From Deltaproteobacteria bacterium (lineage in GTDB: Bacteria; Acidobacteriota; Thermoanaerobaculia; Multivoradales; JAHZIX01), in contig JAHZIX010000034.1 in NCBI GenBank assembly GCA_022601195.1, positions 18,504 through 82,503 of the forward strand: DNA of 64,000 bases, in the 5' to 3' direction. The position numbers and the translations under genes were made by a program. A model generated the notes under the pieces. It ran no database searches and was not told the origin of the DNA. It was given only the letters and a program-made list of their open reading frames with translations. Shown here piece by piece: positions 53,861 through 60,847 of this stretch; within the stretch, counting starts at the first letter, position 1; each line of letters starts with the position of its first letter.

Positions 53861-53889
53861 AAACGAAACCTTGTTCACCCACCAAGGGA

Positions 53890-55467
53890 TCAAGCCGCCG
53901 AAGCCGTCAATTCAATCTCTCGAATCTGCTTCACCCAGTAATCGGCGCTGGAAGCCTCCAGAAAACCGGCCAGCAGCTTGAAGACCTGATCTGAAAAGCC
54001 ACCGATGTTGAGCACGTCTTGCCGATCCGTTGCCTGGGTCGTCCCGTAAGGCTGAATATCGATGCAGACTAGCTTGGCCTTGGGACAGCGCTGTTTGAGT
54101 ACCGCCCATTGCCGCAAGGTCTCGGTAGCTCCTTGCCGGTAGGGACTACTGGAGTCCAACCAGGACTCGTTGTCCGAAACGTAGACCACCAGATCCGCAT
54201 GAACCCTCTTCCTGTTGAGATAGGTCAGCGGTGCTGAGCAGTTGGTTCCTCCCCCGTTGAGAGCCGCCAACTTGGAGGCATTGGTCATCACCGGGTCTCC
54301 GGCTTTCAGACGCACCGGCAGCACCTGGCTGCCAAAGGGGAGGATTCCCGTTTTCGGGTTGCGCCGCAGAATCGCCGCGGCTACCAACCCGGCCACATCC
54401 ACACACCGAACAGCCGTGGTGGAACCGCGGCGGTGGCCGGTCACCGGGGAGTGCATGGACCCTGAGGCATCCGGAAAAACCCAGATCTTGCCGGGCAGTT
54501 CCGGCACGTGACTCAAAGACAATTCCAATGCGATCCTCAAGGCATCCTGAATCTCCCCTGGTACCCCGGGCGCCAGCGCCCCATAGGCGGCCAGCAACTG
54601 GTAGGGAAAGACCCGAGATTGCGCGATAGCTTGCGGGTCCTGCAGCCGCTGAGCGATCAACGAAGCCATCCCATCCTCCTCATAGACTCCATGACGGTGA
54701 AACGTGTTCAGGTTCATTCGGGTCATCTGCCAGGATGCCCGGGCGGCAATCTCTACCCAAGCGCTGCGATCCAGGCTCAGGGAAGTGAGCATCTGAAACG
54801 GCACGTCGGGAGAGGGTCGACCGTGGGGATTCTTTTTGTAGGCTTCGAACTCCCGAACGACTTCCGGCAAGGCTGCCGCGTCGTGGACCCGGCCGAGGAG
54901 ATACCCGTAGAGGGCCCGCCGACTCGCCGTCGCCGGCTTCGGGTGCACCATCTTGACGATATCTACCAGGGACGGATCCTTGCCCACGGAAGCCGTGAAG
55001 ATCTGCTCGTCGGAACGCCCCGCCAACCAATCCCTGACCAAGGCCTTGGGCAAAGATCCCAGAGACTTGCGCCCGACAACCCCGGAACGCAGGATCTGTA
55101 CGAAGTTGCGCAGCATCCGAGGATGGTCCACCACTCTCGGGAAAGTGAGCTTCAACAGCTCCCGGTCGCGCACCGCCAGGACCGCTAAGAGGAGCGCCGG
55201 TAGGTCCTTCATGAAGGCCTGACGCCGCGCATAAATGGCGGTGCGGGCGATGATCTCCGGCTCCACCTGGCGGCAGAGCTCGAGAACCTTCGCTAGCTGC
55301 TGGTCAGCGTTCGCGTAGTAGGTTGAGGCGAGGCAACCGGTAGCCGCATATTGCGCCAAGGCGTGTTCAGGGGAAAGCTCATAGGCGACGCCTCCGGCTT
55401 CGTTGACGGCCTCCGCCTTGGGAAGCAGGCGTCCGATGATCGACCTGAAGAGTTCTTTACTTGCCAT
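53890..55467 (-). CDS. rsr: Ro60-related protein (TROVE + vWA domains)
   Basis: N-terminal TROVE-like EAVNEAGGVAYELSPEHALAQYAATGCLASTYYA..QL..V, and C-terminal vWA/MIDAS-like VFPDASGSM..GGGTNCSAPL..VYVSDNESW. It sits in the canonical position next to Y-RNA-like elements and rtcBA. Confidence 0.85.
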   Translation of the reverse strand: MASKELFRSIIGRLLPKAEAVNEAGGVAYELSPEHALAQYAATGCLASTYYANADQQLAKVLELCRQVEPEIIARTAIYARRQAFMKDLPALLLAVLAVRDRELLKLTFPRVVDHPRMLRNFVQILRSGVVGRKSLGSLPKALVRDWLAGRSDEQIFTASVGKDPSLVDIVKMVHPKPATASRRALYGYLLGRVHDAAALPEVVREFEAYKKNPHGRPSPDVPFQMLTSLSLDRSAWVEIAARASWQMTRMNLNTFHRHGVYEEDGMASLIAQRLQDPQAIAQSRVFPYQLLAAYGALAPGVPGEIQDALRIALELSLSHVPELPGKIWVFPDASGSMHSPVTGHRRGSTTAVRCVDVAGLVAAAILRRNPKTGILPFGSQVLPVRLKAGDPVMTNASKLAALNGGGTNCSAPLTYLNRKRVHADLVVYVSDNESWLDSSSPYRQGATETLRQWAVLKQRCPKAKLVCIDIQPYGTTQATDRQDVLNIGGFSDQVFKLLAGFLEASSADYWVKQIREIELTASAA

Positions 55468-55502
55468 TTTGGGTCCTCCAACTTTCTCGTTCGCTCTAGT
55501 CC

Positions 55503-55521
55503 ATTACATGAACCGTGCCAG
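55503..55521 (-). promoter_or_regulatory. Candidate sigma-54 promoter for rsr-Y RNA-rtcBA
   Basis: The minus strand reads CTGGCACGGTTCATGTAAT. The -24 element (CTGGCACG) is perfect. The -12 element is ATGT instead of TTGC, so it lacks the conserved GC. It lies ~40 nt upstream of the rsr ATG, and RtcR (a sigma-54 activator) is encoded divergently. Confidence 0.35.
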
Positions 55522-55665
55522 GTCATCTGGGCGCTCACACAGATCGACTCCAAGCCCTTTAAATACAGACAGATAGAGAGGAACCAAGCTAGTTCCCAGA
55601 ACTCTCACCCGCGAGAAGAGATGGATCATTTATATCCAGAAGTATCTTGTTCTATACTCTGATCT

Positions 55666-57303
55666 ATGACCTCTCACTCCTCAAGATCACAAATCGTTCT
55701 CGGCCTGATCGGGATAACGCTGGATTCAGGCAGTGGCCCGGAACGATGGGAGCGCTGGCGCCCGACAGTAGCCCTGTGCCAGCACGAGGATTTCGTCGTC
55801 GACCGTTTGGAGCTGCTGGTCCAGAAACGTCACCGACCCTTGGCGGAAAGCCTGAGAAGGGATATCGGCAATATCTCGCCGGAAACCGAGACCCGCATTC
55901 ACGAGTTGGAGTTCGACGACCCATGGGATTTCGAAGAGGTCTATGGAGCCCTGCACGACTTTGCCCTGTCCTACCCTTTTGAGCCAGAGGAGGAGGACTA
56001 CCTCCTGCACATCACCACGGGCACTCACGTAGCGCAGATCTGCCTCTTCCTGCTCGCCGAGTCTCGCCACTTCCCGGCTCGCCTGCTCCAAACCGGCCCG
56101 CCGCGCCGCAGCCGGGGGCATAGCGAACCGGGCACTCGACGCATCATCGACTTGGATCTGTCCCGCTATGACCGCATCGCGCAGCGTTTTCACCGCGAGC
56201 AAAGTGAGGCCCTCTCCTTCCTGAAGGCGGGTATCGAGACCCGCAACCCAGCCTTTAACCAGCTCATCGAGCGCATCGAGTACGTGGCTGTTCACTCCCA
56301 GGAACCGATCCTCCTAACGGGGCCGACGGGAGCCGGTAAGTCCCGCTTGGCCCAACGCATCTTCGAGCTGAAAAAGCAGCGACACCAGGTAGCTGGAGAG
56401 TTCGTGGAGGTGAACTGCGCCACCTTGCGAGGCGACGGTGCCATGTCGGCCCTCTTCGGCCACCGTCGAGGGGCCTTCACCGGCGCCCTACAAGATCGCC
56501 CGGGCCTCCTCCTCTCCGCCGACAAAGGAGTGCTCTTTCTCGACGAAATCGGCGAGTTGGGTTTGGACGAACAAGCCATGTTGTTGCGTGCGTTGGAGGA
56601 AAAGCGCTTCCTCCCGGTAGGAGCCGACCAGGAAGTAGGGAGTGAGTTCCAACTGCTCGCGGGTACCAATCGGCACCTCGCCAGCCGAGTTCGAGAAGGG
56701 CGTTTTCGAGACGACCTACTGGCCCGCATCGACCTCTGGACTTTTGAGCTTCCCGGGCTCCAAGCGAGACCGGAGGATATCGAGCCGAACCTGGATTACG
56801 AGCTGCAACGGTTCTCGGCGCGCTCTCAGGAGGTAGGCTCCAAGACTCACCACGCCTCCATGAACACGGAGGCACGACGACACTTCCTTCGCTTTGCCAC
56901 CAGTGGCGCGCCTTGGCACGGCAATTTTCGAGATCTCAACGCAGCGGTCATCCGCATGGGCACCTTGGCCCCCGGAGGCCGAGTCGACGCCGGGATCGTC
57001 CAAGAGGAGATAGCGCGCCTGGAGGCATCCTGGTCCCGAGGTGAAGCCGACACAGATAGCCACTTGCTCCAAGACCTGCTCGGTGCCGAGGGCCTCAACG
57101 GCCTCGATCGATTCGATCGGGTTCAGCTGGCCGAGGTCATTCGGGTCTGTCGCGCTTCACCGAGCCTTGCGGCGGCGGGACGAAAGCTCTTCGCCGTCTC
57201 CCGGAGCCGGAAGAAACAACCGAATGACGCCGACCGAATTCGCAAATATCTCGCCCGCTTCGGCCTCTCTTGGTCATCGGTTGCGCCGGACGGGAGTCCC
57301 TAG
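55666..57303 (+). CDS. rtcR: Sigma-54-dependent transcriptional activator RtcR (CARF-like N domain + AAA+ + HTH)
   Basis: AAA+ motifs ILLTGPTGAGKSRLAQRIF, GAFTGA, LFLDEIGELGLDEQAMLLRALEEKRFLPVG, and GNFRDL. The N-terminal ~180 aa are typical of the RtcR sensor domain. Divergent from rsr. Confidence 0.85.
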   Translation: MTSHSSRSQIVLGLIGITLDSGSGPERWERWRPTVALCQHEDFVVDRLELLVQKRHRPLAESLRRDIGNISPETETRIHELEFDDPWDFEEVYGALHDFALSYPFEPEEEDYLLHITTGTHVAQICLFLLAESRHFPARLLQTGPPRRSRGHSEPGTRRIIDLDLSRYDRIAQRFHREQSEALSFLKAGIETRNPAFNQLIERIEYVAVHSQEPILLTGPTGAGKSRLAQRIFELKKQRHQVAGEFVEVNCATLRGDGAMSALFGHRRGAFTGALQDRPGLLLSADKGVLFLDEIGELGLDEQAMLLRALEEKRFLPVGADQEVGSEFQLLAGTNRHLASRVREGRFRDDLLARIDLWTFELPGLQARPEDIEPNLDYELQRFSARSQEVGSKTHHASMNTEARRHFLRFATSGAPWHGNFRDLNAAVIRMGTLAPGGRVDAGIVQEEIARLEASWSRGEADTDSHLLQDLLGAEGLNGLDRFDRVQLAEVIRVCRASPSLAAAGRKLFAVSRSRKKQPNDADRIRKYLARFGLSWSSVAPDGSP

Positions 57304-57311
57304 GAAGCCCC

Positions 57312-60119
57312 TTAGGAAACTCCACCGTCCTGAAGTTGGAGCAGAGCGACAGCTGGCTCACGGGTCATAGAAGCTTCACTTCCGCGAGTGGCCTCGAGGA
57401 TAGGAACCGCAGCCATCAGTAGCTCTTTGGCTTCGCCTTCCCGCCCCAGCTCCAACAAGGCGAGCCCCAGCTGGCTCTCTCCCCAGGCCCTCTGCCAGGC
57501 ACCGACCTCATGGGCCTGGCGGATCACTTCCAGCCCTTTGCGTATTAGTGGCTCCGCCGCCCTTGCATCGCCCGAACGACGCAGGGACATCCCTTGTTTG
57601 AGCCAGCTGTAGCCGACCCGAGGATCGCCGTCTGGATAGACCCGCAACTGCTTTTCGGCGACCTCACCGTAGCGAGCCGCGGCTTGATCAAAGAATTTGC
57701 GGCCAAAGGCCAGGTTGGCCAAGTTGGCCTCGACCACGGTGGTCGCTATGTGATCCTCTCCAAACTGACGGAGAAAGATCTCCCGGGCTCGGTGGTAAAG
57801 CTCCTCGGCATCATCAAAGTCACCCTTCTCCTCGAGCACCAAGGCCAGATCGGAGAGGTTGGTGCCTGTGGATGGATCCTCCTCCCCCAGCGCCGCAACC
57901 TTCCGGGCCAAAGAGTCTCGGAGTATCTCTTCTGCCTCGTCCAGCTTGCCTCCCTCGAAAAGCACCAGCCCGAGATCATTCATGGCACTTGCCACTTCAT
58001 GATGGTGTTCCCCCTGGACCTTGCGGTGCCCTTCCACGGCTTTTCGAGCCTGCTCTTCCGCCAGGGGGAAATCCTCCCGTTGGCGACTGAGAATGGCGAG
58101 GCTGCCCCAGATGTCGGCGATCACCGGGTGAGAGCCGCCGAAGGTGGGCTCTCCCTGGGCCAGAGCCTTCTTCAAGGTGACTTCCGCTTCGTCCAAGCGA
58201 CCCAGATTCAAGAGCAGGAATCCCAGATCCGAGGTCGTCTCCAAGGCTTGTCGGCTGTAGTCCCCCACCGCCTCCTGGCGAATCTCCAGAGCCCGACGAT
58301 AGAGGCTCTCGGCTTCCTCCCAGCGACCCAGGTGGTGTACGACCTCAGCGAGTTGATGAAGGCTCTCGGCTACTTGTGGGTGGCGAGGCCCTAGGTGAGC
58401 TTCCCGTAAACCCAAAGCCTGGCGGTTGAGTTCCTCTGCCACAGCCAGATCCGACTCGGAATGGCGCAGAGAAGCGAGCAAGCTGAGGCTTTGGGCCAGC
58501 TCGCCCTGGCGCAGCGCGTTGAGATCTCCAGAAGATCCAGGGTTTCCGGATGTCACGGCCTGATCGAAAAGGCCCCCCGAGGGAAAAGCCTCAGCTTGTC
58601 TCAGGGAAACCGCCTCGACCAGCAACGAACCGGCCTGAGAGTAGAGACCGAGGCTGCGATGCACCCCGCCCAAGGTCTCCAGAAGACTGGCGCGAAGCTG
58701 CGGCTCCAGATCCCGATCTTGCTCCGCCCGCTCGACACCTCGATGCAGAAGCTCTTGCACCGTCAGCTGACGATTCGGCTGCTGCCTGGGGTCCGCAGAT
58801 TGGAACAGGCTGGCCAGAAAGGCGGAGACTTGCTGGGCCCTGGCAGTTTGTTGGGCAGCTACGGCTCGTTCCTGGGTCGCCACCCTTAGAGCCCGGGAGG
58901 TTCGCACCGCCAGCACCGTCATAGCGATGCCGAAAGCCACCAGAGCGACCAGCAACGCTGCTGCCAGGCGGTTGCGACGGGAGAACTTGCCAATGCGATA
59001 GAACCAGGTATCTCGCCTCGCCAGGACGGGCTCGTGCTCCAGGTGGCGCCGCAAATCCTCCGACATCTCTTCCACCGAGGCGTAACGCCGATCCGGCTCC
59101 TTGCGCAGCGCCTTGAGGACGATGCTATCCACATCCCCGGCGAGGTGACGGGCGTTACCGGGAGCCCCGTCGGCGATCAATGCCCGGCTCGGGCCACGAG
59201 GCTCCAACTCACACACCCGGCGTTCCGCTTCTCGGCGGGTAACTCCTTCCAAATCATAGGGGAGCTTCCCCGCTAGAAGCTCGTAGAGCAGGACTCCCAA
59301 CGAATACACATCGCTGGCCGTCGTCATGATCTCGCCTCGCACCTGCTCCGGGCTGGCGTAGGCCAAAGTCATGATCCGCAAAGCGGGTGCTGTGGCTCCC
59401 AGATCCGGCTCCGAGAGCACCGGATCAAGCCATTTGGCGATACCGAAGTCCAGCAGCTTAACCACTCCCTCTTCGGTCACCAGCACATTGCTGGGCTTGA
59501 TGTCGCGATGAATGATGAGGTTCTGATGAGCCCTGCGGATACCTTCACAGACAGCTCGAAACAGCTCCAAACGGGCCGTCAGTGAAAGCTGATAGCGGCG
59601 GCAATGCTGGTCGATAGCCAAGCCATCGATATATTCCAGGACGAAATAGGGCAGACCATCCTCCGTGGTGCCTCCATCCAGGATGCGCGCGATATGCGGA
59701 TGGTCGAGGCCAGCGAGAATTTGCCGCTCCTGGCGAAAGCGATGCAGAACCTCGGTCCCCAAGAGGCTCGACCGCAATACTTTGATCGCTACCTGTTGGT
59801 CATATTGATCGTCCGCGCGGACCGCCAAATAGACGTCGCTCATACCGCCGACACCGATCTTCCGCAGCAGCCGATAAACGCCAATGCGGTCCTCTCGGTC
59901 GAGCCCATTCGGATTCGCGACAAGATCTTCCTGGCGCAGCGCTTGGGGAGAAAAAACCGATTCTTCCTCCCCGTCCGCTGCCAACAAATCCAGCACTTGG
60001 GAAAGCAATCTCTGGTCGTCGCCACAAGAGCTCTCGAGAAAGCCCTCTATCTCTTGGGGAGCCAGCTCAACCGCTTCCGTGAACAGCTCGCAAACCCGCG
60101 CCCACCGTTCCGGGCTCAT
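57312..60119 (-). CDS. Ser/Thr protein kinase with TM segment and TPR array (935 aa); start reassigned to ATG 60119
   Basis: MSPERWARVCELF.. is the usual N terminus of this kinase class. Kinase motifs GVGGMSDVYLA, AIKVL, HRDIKPSNVLV, DFGIAK, YASPEQ, then a TM segment and TPR units. The ATG overlaps the sigma gene stop (ATGA). Confidence 0.85.
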   Translation of the reverse strand: MSPERWARVCELFTEAVELAPQEIEGFLESSCGDDQRLLSQVLDLLAADGEEESVFSPQALRQEDLVANPNGLDREDRIGVYRLLRKIGVGGMSDVYLAVRADDQYDQQVAIKVLRSSLLGTEVLHRFRQERQILAGLDHPHIARILDGGTTEDGLPYFVLEYIDGLAIDQHCRRYQLSLTARLELFRAVCEGIRRAHQNLIIHRDIKPSNVLVTEEGVVKLLDFGIAKWLDPVLSEPDLGATAPALRIMTLAYASPEQVRGEIMTTASDVYSLGVLLYELLAGKLPYDLEGVTRREAERRVCELEPRGPSRALIADGAPGNARHLAGDVDSIVLKALRKEPDRRYASVEEMSEDLRRHLEHEPVLARRDTWFYRIGKFSRRNRLAAALLVALVAFGIAMTVLAVRTSRALRVATQERAVAAQQTARAQQVSAFLASLFQSADPRQQPNRQLTVQELLHRGVERAEQDRDLEPQLRASLLETLGGVHRSLGLYSQAGSLLVEAVSLRQAEAFPSGGLFDQAVTSGNPGSSGDLNALRQGELAQSLSLLASLRHSESDLAVAEELNRQALGLREAHLGPRHPQVAESLHQLAEVVHHLGRWEEAESLYRRALEIRQEAVGDYSRQALETTSDLGFLLLNLGRLDEAEVTLKKALAQGEPTFGGSHPVIADIWGSLAILSRQREDFPLAEEQARKAVEGHRKVQGEHHHEVASAMNDLGLVLFEGGKLDEAEEILRDSLARKVAALGEEDPSTGTNLSDLALVLEEKGDFDDAEELYHRAREIFLRQFGEDHIATTVVEANLANLAFGRKFFDQAAARYGEVAEKQLRVYPDGDPRVGYSWLKQGMSLRRSGDARAAEPLIRKGLEVIRQAHEVGAWQRAWGESQLGLALLELGREGEAKELLMAAVPILEATRGSEASMTREPAVALLQLQDGGVS

Positions 60120-60778
60120 ATGGCCTCCGGAGAAGCTGCCCCCAGAGAAGCTGCCTCCGAGGAAGCCGTGGCCACTTCCCTTGGAGAGGGAATCTCCAGC
60201 TGCCGCTTGAGCCAGGCCTTGGCGAGGCGCCAATCCCGCTTGATGGTGATGCTCGACACTTCCAAGATTCCAGCAGCTTCTTCGACGGTAAAACCGCCGA
60301 AGAAACGCAGCTCGACGGTACGTGCCTGACGAGGTTGAAGAGCTGCCAAGCGCTCTAGAGCGAGGTCCAGAGCGAGGAGATCCTCTGAACGTTCCCTCGC
60401 CACCGTAAGGGCATCTTCCAGGGGTTCCCGGGACCGCTGGCCACCCCGCTTGGCAGCGCGTTTGGCCTGGGCATGCTTCACCAGAACGCGGCGCATCAGA
60501 GTCGCGGCGATGGCAAAGAAATGCTCCCGACTTTGCCATTCCACTCGGCTCTGTCGCGACAGGTGCAAATACGCCTCGTGAATCAACGCCGTCGGCTGCA
60601 GGGTGTGGTCGGAGGATTCTCGGCGCAGATAATTCTCCGCTTGCCGGTGTAGCTCTTGCCAAACCAGGGGTAGCAACTCTTCGAGAGCCTCGTCTTCGCC
60701 ACCCCCCCATTGCTGGAGCAACTCGGTCACAGCCCCTCTCCAGGAGGATTCTTCGGGAGGCGGAATCTCAGAGCTCAT
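60116..60778 (-). CDS. ECF sigma factor of the TIGR02999-like group, translationally coupled to the downstream kinase
   Basis: VTELLQQWGGGEDEALEELLPLVWQELHRQAENYLRRESSDHTLQPTALIHEAYLHL and HTH VELRFFGGFTVEEAAGILEVSSITIKRDWRLAKAWL. A paralogue of the sigma at 36542..37126. Confidence 0.8.
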   Translation of the reverse strand: MSSEIPPPEESSWRGAVTELLQQWGGGEDEALEELLPLVWQELHRQAENYLRRESSDHTLQPTALIHEAYLHLSRQSRVEWQSREHFFAIAATLMRRVLVKHAQAKRAAKRGGQRSREPLEDALTVARERSEDLLALDLALERLAALQPRQARTVELRFFGGFTVEEAAGILEVSSITIKRDWRLAKAWLKRQLEIPSPREVATASSEAASLGAASPEAI

Positions 60779-60847
60779 GGTAGTTTCTCCAGATCTTCCT
60801 CTAGAACTTATTAGGGCGCCCCGCGTAATGAGTAGAATCCGGATGGG

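Noticed and set aside
60120-60710. The N-terminal 197 aa of ORF 57312..60710 (a 1,132-aa version of the kinase).
   Set aside because: This extension is Arg/Gly/Pro-rich and lies entirely in an alternative frame of the ECF sigma gene 60116..60778. The conserved kinase N terminus MSPERW.. starts at ATG 60119, which overlaps the sigma stop.
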